A stretch of 64,000 bases of DNA from the NCBI GenBank assembly GCA_963796055.1, contig CAWCKH010000001.1, forward strand, positions 128,001 through 192,000, in the 5' to 3' direction. Below, in pieces: positions 55,892 to 64,000 of this stretch (the first letter of the stretch is position 1; each line of letters starts with the position of its first letter). The position numbers were made by a program, and so were the translations under genes. The stretch is from an uncultured delta proteobacterium. GTDB lineage: Bacteria > Myxococcota > Myxococcia > Myxococcales > Myxococcaceae. Under the pieces are notes generated by a model. That model was not told where the DNA came from. It was given only the letters and a program-made list of their open reading frames with translations, and did no database searches.

Positions 55892-57676
55892 ATGGATCCT
55901 GCACGGCTCAAAGCCGATGCCGGTGCGGCCCTGGCCGCAGGACACTTCTCGCGCGCCGCCTCGCTCTACGCGGCCTACTGCGCCAGCGCTCCCCGGGACC
56001 GACAGTCGCACCTCCGGCTGGGTGACGCCTACGCGCGTGCCGGCGAGAAAGCGCGCGCCATCGACGCCTACCTCGCTGCGGCACGGGGGTTCGCCGAGGA
56101 CGGGTTCCTGGCCCGGGCCATCGCGGCGAGCAAGCGCGTCCTGGAGCTGGACCCGAACCACACCCAGATGCAGCGCATCCTGGCCGACCTGTACGCCAAG
56201 CGCGCCGCCGGTGGGCAGGCCTTGCGGGCGCTGCTCGGCAAGCCGGAGCCGGCGCGCGACGAGCCCCTCCCGGTGCGCCCGTTCGAGCCGCTCGGCGCCG
56301 AGGCACCGGCGGTCACCGAGCCCGGCACGCCGAAGCCCGTTCCCGCCGGTCCGGCGCGGCCCGCGTCGTCCGAGCCGGGGGAGCTGCTGGTCACCGAATA
56401 CATGCTCGAGCCGGACCCGAAGGAGCCGACGCTCGAGGAGGTGCTCCGCACCGAGGCGGATCATCGGGTCGAGACCCCGCTTCCGCTCGGCCCTCCGGCT
56501 GCGCCCTCCGTCGACCTCCCGCCCGAGACGTCCGAGCCAACGACGACCTCGAGCGCCCCGGCTCCGCCGCTGCCCACCCCGGCGCCGGCGCCGGTGCCCC
56601 GGTTCGTGGAGCTGAGCCTCGAGGACGCCGGAGGGACCGGGGGGCTCGACCTGCCCGTCGAGACCCCTCCGGCCAGCCAGACGAAGCCCGGCGAGGACCC
56701 CGGCTACATCGATCTGGAGATCGAGGACGACCCCCCCGCTCCGGCGCCCCTCGCGCTGGATCCGGGCCCACTCATCCACGCCCTCGAGCAGGCGGCAGAG
56801 CTCGCCCCGGCAGAGCCGGCCCTCGCCCGGAATCCCTTCGTCGCCCCCGCGGCGCGCAACGTCCCCCGGGCCCCGCTGTTCTCCGACCTGTCGCACGGGG
56901 CCTTCGTCGAGCTGGTGGAGCGCTGTCCGCTCCGCCGCTTCGAGGCCGGCGATCGGATCATCCAGCAGGGCGACCCGGGCGACAGCTTCTACGTCATCTG
57001 CGAGGGACGGGTGTCGGTCCTCCGCGAGGACGACCGCCTCGCCCACCCGGTCGCGGCGCTCGAGGCCGGGGAGTTCTTCGGTGAGGTGGCGCTCCTCGCC
57101 GGTGGCCCACGAACGGCGTCGGTCTATGCGCTCACCGAGGACACCCAGGTGCTGGAGATCTCCGGGCAGCTGCTGATGGAGCTCGCCCGCAGCCACCCGG
57201 GGGTCGCCTCGGCCCTCAAGACCTTCTGCCGGCAGCGCCTGCTGAGCAATCTCTTGTCCACCTCGGCGCTCTTCCGGCCGCTGGAGCGGGGCGAGCGACG
57301 GGAGCTGGCCACGCGGTTCCGGGCGCGCGACGCGCTGGCCGGCGAGGTGGTCATCTCCCAGGGCGGGCAGGGCGACGGGCTCTACGTCATCCTCGCCGGC
57401 GAGGTCGAGGTGCTCCGCGACGGCGCCTCGGCCGGCACGCTCGGCGCCGGGGACGTGTTCGGCGAGATGTCCCTCCTGGACGGGGTGCCCGCCATCGCCA
57501 CGGTGCGGACCCTGCGGCGGACCTCGCTGCTCCGGCTTCCCGCCTCCGAGCTGTCCGCGGTCCTCGAGCGCTACCCTGCGGTGCGCGCCCACCTCGAGGC
57601 GTTGCGCGATGCCCGCGCGGAGATCAATGCCCGGCTGCCGCTCACACCGGATGACGAGCCGTTCTTCGTGGTCTAG
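55892..57676 (+). CDS. TPR + tandem cyclic-nucleotide-binding domain protein
   Basis: TPR-like N-terminus, Pro-rich linker, FFGEVALLAGGPRTASV and VFGEMSLLDGVPAIATV. Confidence 0.88.
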   Translation: MDPARLKADAGAALAAGHFSRAASLYAAYCASAPRDRQSHLRLGDAYARAGEKARAIDAYLAAARGFAEDGFLARAIAASKRVLELDPNHTQMQRILADLYAKRAAGGQALRALLGKPEPARDEPLPVRPFEPLGAEAPAVTEPGTPKPVPAGPARPASSEPGELLVTEYMLEPDPKEPTLEEVLRTEADHRVETPLPLGPPAAPSVDLPPETSEPTTTSSAPAPPLPTPAPAPVPRFVELSLEDAGGTGGLDLPVETPPASQTKPGEDPGYIDLEIEDDPPAPAPLALDPGPLIHALEQAAELAPAEPALARNPFVAPAARNVPRAPLFSDLSHGAFVELVERCPLRRFEAGDRIIQQGDPGDSFYVICEGRVSVLREDDRLAHPVAALEAGEFFGEVALLAGGPRTASVYALTEDTQVLEISGQLLMELARSHPGVASALKTFCRQRLLSNLLSTSALFRPLERGERRELATRFRARDALAGEVVISQGGQGDGLYVILAGEVEVLRDGASAGTLGAGDVFGEMSLLDGVPAIATVRTLRRTSLLRLPASELSAVLERYPAVRAHLEALRDARAEINARLPLTPDDEPFFVV

Positions 57677-57695
57677 CCCTGGAGACAACCCCCCC

Positions 57696-58628
57696 GTGAC
57701 CCTCCGCCTCGCCGCCGCCTCCGTCCTGATCCTCTGCCTCGCCGGCTGCGCGCACACGGCGCTCGAGGGTAGCGATCTCGATCGCGTCCAGCGCCCCGCC
57801 TTCGTCTCCCGGGTGACCGACGAGGCCGGGCCACGCGTCAACGTGTACCGCTCCGACTCGGCCCAGGCGGCGAAGCTCGCCGGAACCTCGCCCGAGGACG
57901 CCGACAAGAAGCTGGAGGAAAGCCTGCGGCCGGCGCTCTCCCGGTTCGAGGCGGCGGAGCGACTGCGCTCGCACGTCCAGGCCGCCATCCAGTCGGAGAA
58001 GCCCTGGTCGCAGGCGGTCCCGCCGTCGCAGGTGGCCAGCGCGCTGGAGACGTTCCTGGTCCAGGAGGTCCCCGGGAGCCCCCCGGACTACACGCGGCTT
58101 CGCCCGCTGGGGGCGGACTCGGTGGTGGAGTTCGTGATCGAGGAGTACGGGATGCGCACCGAGAAGGGGGTGCCCCAGACCTGGGTGCGCGGGACCGGCC
58201 GCATGTTCCGCCTGGCAGACGGCGGGGAGATGTGGCGCTCCGGATTCTCCGGGACGTCCACCGAGGTCGGGCTGACGCCGCTGGATCCGTCCACCCTCGC
58301 CGCCAACCCACGCCCGTTCCACGAGCAGATGGTCGCGGTGCTCGACTCGGTGTCGGTCCAGCTGGCGCGCCAGCTGAGCCCCACCAACCGCGCAGGCGGC
58401 GCGCCCACCCCGCCCGGGACCGGCGAGCTGCGGGCGCCCACCGACGAGCGCACCCCGCTGGAAAAGGAGATCGACAAGTCGAAGGCGGCGCCGCCCCCGG
58501 ACGCGACCACCCCGACGGGAGTGCCGGTCGACGTGGGCTCCTCCAAGAAGAAGCCACCCCGGGAATCGGCGCCTCCGCCGGACGCCACGGCGCCCACCGA
58601 GGTCCCGGTCGACTCGAAGAAGAAGTGA
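57696..58628 (+). CDS. Hypothetical lipoprotein with duplicated C-terminal motif
   Basis: Lipobox LAGC; APPPDATxPTxVPVD...KKK occurs twice; GGAG RBS. Confidence 0.75.
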   Translation: MTLRLAAASVLILCLAGCAHTALEGSDLDRVQRPAFVSRVTDEAGPRVNVYRSDSAQAAKLAGTSPEDADKKLEESLRPALSRFEAAERLRSHVQAAIQSEKPWSQAVPPSQVASALETFLVQEVPGSPPDYTRLRPLGADSVVEFVIEEYGMRTEKGVPQTWVRGTGRMFRLADGGEMWRSGFSGTSTEVGLTPLDPSTLAANPRPFHEQMVAVLDSVSVQLARQLSPTNRAGGAPTPPGTGELRAPTDERTPLEKEIDKSKAAPPPDATTPTGVPVDVGSSKKKPPRESAPPPDATAPTEVPVDSKKK

Positions 58629-58684
58629 GATGCGACGGCAGGCCGCGTCACAGGGTCCTCTGGTAAGATTGGCGATTCCGCTTC

Positions 58685-59743
58685 GTGTCCGCGAACGCTC
58701 TCATCACCGTCGATGGCTCCTCCGGCGGTCAGTCGCTACGGACTGCGTTGACCCTCTCGCTGGTCACGCAGCGGCCGTTCCGCGTGGAATCGTTCTGCGC
58801 GGCGCGGATCGCCCCGGGGCTCCGGCCGAGGCATCTGTCGCTGCTGCGGGCCGCAGAAGCGCTCGGGGGACGGGTGGAGGGCGGGCTGGCCGGGGCGCTC
58901 GCCTTCTCCTTCCAGCCAGGGCCGGTGTCGGCGGGGAGCTACGTGCTCGAGCTGGGGGCGTCGGCGCCGGCGTGCCTGGTGTTCCAGTGCCTCTTCTACC
59001 CGCTGGCGCTCGCCGGAGGAGGGGAGCTCCGTCTGCTCGGGCTGACCCACGCCCCGAAGGGGCCCACCTACCACCACCTGGCCTGGGTCTGGCTTCCGCT
59101 GCTCGAGGCGTACGGGCTCCGGGCGTCGCTCTCGCTCCAGCGGGCGGGGTTCTGGCCCGAGGGGGTGGGAGAGTTCCGAGGCCTGGTGCAGGGGCCCGGC
59201 GAGCCCCCACTCCGGGTGGAGGTGCCGGCGCGGGGCACGCTGCAGGACGTCGAGGTGCGAAGCCTGGTCGGCGGCGTGCCGTTCGATGTCGCCGCGCGCC
59301 AGGCCCGGGCGGCGGAGAACGCACTCCGCGAGCGGGGCATCTACTGCCACGCGGAGAACCTGCCGCTGCCGGTGGGGAAGACTCCGGGGACCCTGGTCTT
59401 CATCCGGGCCCAGTTCGAGAACACCTTCGCCGCCTTCGCCGCGGTGGGAGCGCGGAACGCCTCGCCCGAGGAGGTGGGCGCGAAGGCAGCCCACGCGCTC
59501 GCCGACTTCATGCAGACGCCCGGCGCGCTGGACGAGCACCTCGCGGACCAGATCCTCCTCCCGGCGGCGCTCCTGGCGGCGGGACGGCTCGGCGCGTCCT
59601 CCCCGGGCACCACCCGCTTCACCGCTGCCCGGCTCACCCCGCACCTCCGGGTCACCGCGGCCCTGCTGGAGGAGTTCCTCCCGGTACGGGTCGAGGTGAA
59701 GGAAGAGGGCGAGGTGGCCGTCCTTCCACGCGGCGCGGCCTGA
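58685..59743 (+). CDS. rtcA: RNA 3'-terminal phosphate cyclase-like protein (divergent)
   Basis: GGQSLRTAL, PGL, GLTH, GFWPEGVG, DEHLADQ, TPHL. Confidence 0.85.
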   Translation: MSANALITVDGSSGGQSLRTALTLSLVTQRPFRVESFCAARIAPGLRPRHLSLLRAAEALGGRVEGGLAGALAFSFQPGPVSAGSYVLELGASAPACLVFQCLFYPLALAGGGELRLLGLTHAPKGPTYHHLAWVWLPLLEAYGLRASLSLQRAGFWPEGVGEFRGLVQGPGEPPLRVEVPARGTLQDVEVRSLVGGVPFDVAARQARAAENALRERGIYCHAENLPLPVGKTPGTLVFIRAQFENTFAAFAAVGARNASPEEVGAKAAHALADFMQTPGALDEHLADQILLPAALLAAGRLGASSPGTTRFTAARLTPHLRVTAALLEEFLPVRVEVKEEGEVAVLPRGAA

Positions 59744-59822
59744 CGTCGGTCCGCCGCAGGGCCCCCGAAATCCCCGGGCGCGTGCGTGGGCCGGGTCGCA
59801 CGCGCTAGACAGCGTGCGTCCC

Positions 59823-61547
59823 ATGCTCCGCCTCCTCGTCGCCGCGCTGGTCAACCTCGTCCTGCTCCTCGCCGCGGGGGTGCAGGTGCCGTTCCGCCTG
59901 CTGCGGCGGAAACGCGCCCCGGTCTACGTCCGCTTCGTGGTGAAGGGCGACCCGCCGTACCGCCAGCCCTTCCAGCGGCGCTGGCCGTGGCGGCGCGAGC
60001 GGCACGTCCCGGGCCAGGTCACCTCGCTCCACCTGCTCGACGAGGCACTGGACACCCTCGCTGCCGAGGCCACGGTGAAGGGCGTCGTCCTACAGGTCGA
60101 GTCTCTGGAGATGCCGGCCGGCAAGCGCAGCTGGCTCGCCGAGCGGCTGGCCGCGTTCCGGGCCCGGGGAAAGGAGGTGGTGGGCACGGCGGTGAGCGCG
60201 GGGAACCCGGAGTACGCGCTGCTGTGCGCCGCAGACCGCATTGCCCTGCCACGGGCCGGGCGGCTCGAGCTCACCGGCTTCCTGGCAGAGGCCACCGCCG
60301 CCGGCCGGGCCTTCGAGCAGCTGGGCATCCATCCGGAGTTCGTCCGCCGCGGCGAGCACAAGACCGCCCCCGAGCTGTTCACCCGAGCGGAGGTCTCGCC
60401 CAACCAGCGGGCGGCGCTGGAGCAGTTCCTGGACGAGCGACACACCGAGCTGGTGGAGGAGGTGGCACGCGGCCGTCGGCTCTGCCTCGAAGAGGCCCGG
60501 GCCCGGGTGGACCAGGGGCCGTACAGCGCCTCCCGTGCCCAGGCGCTGGGGCTGGTGGACCTCATCGCCGACGACGTCGGGCTGCCCGCCGCGCTGGGGC
60601 TCGAGGCCGACGAGGATCGTGCGCTGGCCGGCGCGGCAGGCATCGGCACCTTCCGGGACTGGGAGCGCGCGCGGCGGCTGCCGCGCGTCCGCTGGATGAC
60701 CTGGCGGCGCACGACGCGGCTGGCCGTGGTTCCGGTCTCCGGGATGATCGCCCAGGCACCTTCGGGCGCGCCCCCGGTGGGGCCGGCCATCGCCGGCTCC
60801 GAGACGCTGGTCGCGGGACTCCGGGCGGCGGCCCGTGACCGCGCGAGCCCGGCGGCGGTGCTGTACGTGAACAGCCCCGGCGGGAGCGCACTGGCCTCCG
60901 AGCTGGTGCTCACCGAGGTGAGGCGGCTCGCGGCGCGCAAGCCGGTCATCGCCTACGTCGACCGGGTGGCCGCCTCGGGCGGGTACATGGTCGCGCTCGG
61001 GGCGAAGGAGATCTGGACCAGCCCGGGGAGCATCCTGGGCAGCATCGGCGTCTTCGCCGGGAAGTTCGACCTCTCGGAGCTCCTGACCCGGGTCGGCGTG
61101 CACCGGGAGGTGCTGACCCGTGGCGAGCACGCGGGCCTGCTCACCTCGGCGCGCCCGCTCACCCTCGGGGAGCGCGAGGCGCTCGAGGCCGAGGTGGAAG
61201 AGATCTACGGCCGCTTCGTGGAGCTCGTCTCGGAACACCGCGGGATGTCGCCCGAGGCGGTGCGCGCGCGGGGCGAGGGTCGGGTCTACACCGCGGTCGC
61301 CGCCCAGGAAGCGGGGCTGGTGGACACCCTGGGCTCGTTCGAGGCGGCCTGCGCCCGCGCCTTCGCGCTCGCCGGACGTGCCCCGCGCCGGTTCGAGCTG
61401 CATCCGTTCGGGCTCCCGCGGCGACGGCTGCCGCTGCTCTCGCTGCTCCGCGGCGTGCTCGCCCCGGCGGTGTACGCGCTCTGGTGGCCGACCTGGACCG
61501 GGCCCGGCCTCCGGGGCAGCGAGGACTTCGGGGTGGACGGCGGGTAG
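59823..61547 (+). CDS. sppA: Signal peptide peptidase SppA (67K type)
   Basis: Tandem S49 domains; GEHKTAPE, VNSPGGSALASE, AASGGY, GSIGV, GRVYT. Confidence 0.9.
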   Translation: MLRLLVAALVNLVLLLAAGVQVPFRLLRRKRAPVYVRFVVKGDPPYRQPFQRRWPWRRERHVPGQVTSLHLLDEALDTLAAEATVKGVVLQVESLEMPAGKRSWLAERLAAFRARGKEVVGTAVSAGNPEYALLCAADRIALPRAGRLELTGFLAEATAAGRAFEQLGIHPEFVRRGEHKTAPELFTRAEVSPNQRAALEQFLDERHTELVEEVARGRRLCLEEARARVDQGPYSASRAQALGLVDLIADDVGLPAALGLEADEDRALAGAAGIGTFRDWERARRLPRVRWMTWRRTTRLAVVPVSGMIAQAPSGAPPVGPAIAGSETLVAGLRAAARDRASPAAVLYVNSPGGSALASELVLTEVRRLAARKPVIAYVDRVAASGGYMVALGAKEIWTSPGSILGSIGVFAGKFDLSELLTRVGVHREVLTRGEHAGLLTSARPLTLGEREALEAEVEEIYGRFVELVSEHRGMSPEAVRARGEGRVYTAVAAQEAGLVDTLGSFEAACARAFALAGRAPRRFELHPFGLPRRRLPLLSLLRGVLAPAVYALWWPTWTGPGLRGSEDFGVDGG

Positions 61548-61561
61548 GCTGGAGCTCCCTG

Positions 61562-62125
61562 GTGCGCGCCCTCGCCGTCCTCGTCCTGCTGCTCGCCGCC
61601 GGCTGTGCCACCGCCCCGCGCAGCTCGCCGGCGGAGGCCTACCTCTCGGCGCTGGAACGCAACGACCTCGACGCCGCCTGGTTGCTGACCTCCACCCGGT
61701 TCCGGGAGGGCACCGACCGCGGCGCGTTCCAGGCCCGGCTGGCCGACCCCGCGTTGCGGGCCGCCCACGTGGCCCGGGTGCGCGCCGCGCTCGCCGAGGC
61801 CGCCCCGGAGCTGCTCGACGTGCCCCCTCCCACCGGGCAGCCGGCCGAGGCGGTGCGGGCGCTGGTCCGGGCGGCCCGGGCCGCGGACTTCGCCGAGGCC
61901 TGGCGATGGCTCGCCGCGCCCGAGCGGGCCCGCTACACCCCGGAGCGTCTCGCCCGGGACTTCCAGGCGGCGCCCGGAACCGACCAGCGGCTGTCCCGGG
62001 CCCTGGTGGCGGTGGAGCGTCCGGGCGAGACGGCGGGCGCGGAGACCCGCTGGCCGTTACCGAGCGGCGGGGCCGTGCGGGTGGTGCTCGAGGACGGCAA
62101 CCCGAGGGTGATCGCGCTGGAGTAG
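61562..62125 (+). CDS. Hypothetical lipoprotein with two similar halves
   Basis: Lipobox AAGC; DLDAAWLL / DFAEAWRW duplicated helical motif. Confidence 0.7.
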   Translation: MRALAVLVLLLAAGCATAPRSSPAEAYLSALERNDLDAAWLLTSTRFREGTDRGAFQARLADPALRAAHVARVRAALAEAAPELLDVPPPTGQPAEAVRALVRAARAADFAEAWRWLAAPERARYTPERLARDFQAAPGTDQRLSRALVAVERPGETAGAETRWPLPSGGAVRVVLEDGNPRVIALE

Positions 62126-62199
62126 TGGTTTGACAGGCCGCGCACCCCCGGGCGAGGGTGCCCGCCCGCCGGCAGGACTGCGGACACATGGGAGTGACG

Positions 62200-63276
62200 A
62201 TGCCCACCGAGAAGGACGTGCTTGCGGCGTTGAGCACGGTGATGGACCCCGAGCTGAACGTGAGCCTGGTGCAGGCCGGGATGGTGAAGTCGGTTCGCGT
62301 CGACGGGGGGCGCGTCTCCGCCACCATCGAGCTCACCACCCCTGCGTGCCCGCTGAAGGGGAAGATCCAGGCCGACGCCGAGGCCGCGCTCAAGGCCGTT
62401 CCGGGAGTCACCGGGCTCGACCTCACATGGGGCGCGCAGGTGCGCGGCCAGCCGCAGGCCACCGGGATGCTCCCTGGGGTGAAGAACATCATCCTGGTGG
62501 GCGCGGGGAAGGGCGGGGTGGGGAAGAGCACGGTCGCGGTGAACCTCGCCGTGTCCCTGGCGAAGCACGGGGCGAGCGTGGGGCTCCTGGACGCCGACTT
62601 CTACGGCCCCTCCATCCCGATGATGACCGGGCTGTCGGACCAGCGGCCGGTGAGCCCGGACGGGAAGCGGCTGGAGCCGCTCGAGGCGCTGGGGATCAAG
62701 ATCATGTCCCTCGGCTTCCTGGTCGAGCCCGACCAGGCGCTCATCTGGCGAGGGCCGATGCTCCACGGCGCCCTCCAGCAGCTGATGCGCGACGTCAACT
62801 GGGGCGCCCTCGACTACCTGGTGATGGACCTGCCGCCGGGCACCGGGGACGTGGCGCTCACGGTGTCGCAGAGCATCCGGGCCTCGGGGGCGGTGCTGGT
62901 GACGACTCCCCAGGACGTGGCCCTGGCCGACGTGGTGCGGGCCAAGCAGATGTTCGACAAGGTGCACATCCCGGTGCTGGGCATCGTGGAGAACATGAGC
63001 GAGTTCGTCTGCCCGCACTGTCACACCACCACTGCCATCTTCCACCATGGGGGCGGGCGGCGCGCCGCGGAGCTCTTCGGGGTTCCTTTCCTGGGCGAGA
63101 TCGCGCTCGAGCTTCAAGTCAGGGTGGGCGGGGACGAGGGGCGGCCAGTGGTGGCCGCGTTCCCCGAGTCGGCGGAGGCCCAGGCCTTCATGTCGGTGGC
63201 CCGCGCGGTGGCCGGACGGGTGTCGGTGGCCAACGGGGCGCGCCCGGCAGCAGCGCCTGTCCCCGCGGCGAGCTAG
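62200..63276 (+). CDS. apbC: Mrp/NBP35 Fe-S cluster carrier ATPase
   Basis: DUF59-like DPEL...TTPACP, GKGGVGKST, DAD.YGPS, WRGPM, DLPPGTGD, ENMS..CPHC. Confidence 0.93.
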   Translation: MPTEKDVLAALSTVMDPELNVSLVQAGMVKSVRVDGGRVSATIELTTPACPLKGKIQADAEAALKAVPGVTGLDLTWGAQVRGQPQATGMLPGVKNIILVGAGKGGVGKSTVAVNLAVSLAKHGASVGLLDADFYGPSIPMMTGLSDQRPVSPDGKRLEPLEALGIKIMSLGFLVEPDQALIWRGPMLHGALQQLMRDVNWGALDYLVMDLPPGTGDVALTVSQSIRASGAVLVTTPQDVALADVVRAKQMFDKVHIPVLGIVENMSEFVCPHCHTTTAIFHHGGGRRAAELFGVPFLGEIALELQVRVGGDEGRPVVAAFPESAEAQAFMSVARAVAGRVSVANGARPAAAPVPAAS

Positions 63277-63303
63277 GCTCCCTCCCGCGTGGTGGACGCC
63301 TCC

Positions 63304-63729
63304 ATGGACGAGGACGAGCTCGACGTCGATGCGCCGGACGCCCCGGGAGATGGGCCGCGCGGCCCCATCGTCGAGCTGATGCGCAAGGTGGCCTTCGCCG
63401 GGCTGGGGGCGCTGTTCATGACCGAGGAAGGGATCCGCGCCCTCGCCGGTCAGCTCAAGCTTCCCAAGGAGGCGCTGGGCTTCGTCCTCTCGCAGGCCGA
63501 GCGCACCAAGGACGAGGTGGGGCGCGTCCTGTCCGAGGAGGTCCGCCGGTTCCTCCGCTCGGACAAGCTCCGGGCGGAATTCCTCCAGCTGCTCTCCGGC
63601 ATGCGGGTGGAGGTGACCGCGCAGGTCCGGCTGGTCCCCGACCCCGAGCGAAAGCCCGGTGAGCCACCGAGATCCCGGGTGGAGGTGACCACCGTGCGCA
63701 CCCGGGGCTCGCGCAAGAAGTCCGAGTGA
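63304..63729 (+). CDS. Hypothetical protein (phasin-like N-terminal helix)
   Basis: MRKVAFAGLGALFMTEEGIR...LPKE; coherent ORF with typical codon use. Start 63289 or 63304. Confidence 0.65.
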   Translation: MDEDELDVDAPDAPGDGPRGPIVELMRKVAFAGLGALFMTEEGIRALAGQLKLPKEALGFVLSQAERTKDEVGRVLSEEVRRFLRSDKLRAEFLQLLSGMRVEVTAQVRLVPDPERKPGEPPRSRVEVTTVRTRGSRKKSE

Positions 63730-64000
63730 CGTTCTCCGGCCCTCCGGAAGCGGCGGCGGGCGGCACCCACCGCTCGCGGCTCCTGCGCCGCCTCGTGCCG
63801 CTGGCGCTGATCGCCCTGGGCCTCGTGCTCTGGCGCAGTCCTCTGTTGCCCCAGCCGCACACCCTCGTCTGGGACCGACCGTCCGGTCAGTCGGTGGCCT
63901 CGGCGGAGGTGCAGCTCTGGCGGGGGGAGGCGCTGCTCGCGCGGGCCGAGTGGCCCGACGCCTCGCAGGGCACGCTCAGCCAGCAGCTCACCCTCCGGGG
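63726..64000 (+). CDS. Hypothetical membrane-anchored protein, truncated by the window end
   Basis: GTGA overlap with the previous stop; RRLVPLALIALGLVLWRS TM helix; open to base 64000. Confidence 0.6.
   Translation, partial: MTFSGPPEAAAGGTHRSRLLRRLVPLALIALGLVLWRSPLLPQPHTLVWDRPSGQSVASAEVQLWRGEALLARAEWPDASQGTLSQQLTLR

Noticed and set aside
62130..62160. Sigma70 promoter for apbC (TTGACA at 62130)
   Set aside because: Perfect -35 but no convincing -10 at 16-18 bp spacing.

Overview
Very GC-rich, gene-dense chromosomal segment, most likely from a myxobacterium (Myxococcales). The Lon protease resembles Myxococcus BsgA/LonD, and myxobacterial-type LexA boxes are present. I found no tRNA, rRNA, transposase, prophage or CRISPR array. 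Gene order: Ser/Thr kinase-TPR-FHA/GAF sigma54 activator-lipoprotein operon; lon; vWA lipoprotein; a split SOS mutagenesis cassette (imuA-imuB ... dnaE2, each half with its own LexA-like box, separated by ~6 kb that includes a LuxR/pseudo-protease/HtrA module and an M28 peptidase); an aldehyde dehydrogenase plus two-subunit flavoprotein dehydrogenase operon (possibly proline catabolism); an 86-bp tandem repeat array that recurs as a single copy 15.6 kb away; an ECF sigma/anti-sigma operon; truD; FHA-GAF adenylate cyclase; ubiB-family kinase; mutS; amidase; glnD; KGG-repeat stress protein; sua5-xerD-trpS-scpA-scpB-rluB; cNMP-binding protein; divergent rtcA; sppA; mrp/apbC. Three otherwise intact genes carry single frameshifts, probably assembly indels, and two decayed gene remnants are visible. 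I found no unambiguous new system. The best leads are the repeat element, the rewired mutasome, the dehydrogenase operon, the pseudo-protease module and the ECF-linked STN/beta-helix membrane protein. All calls come from reading the sequence only; no searches were run.
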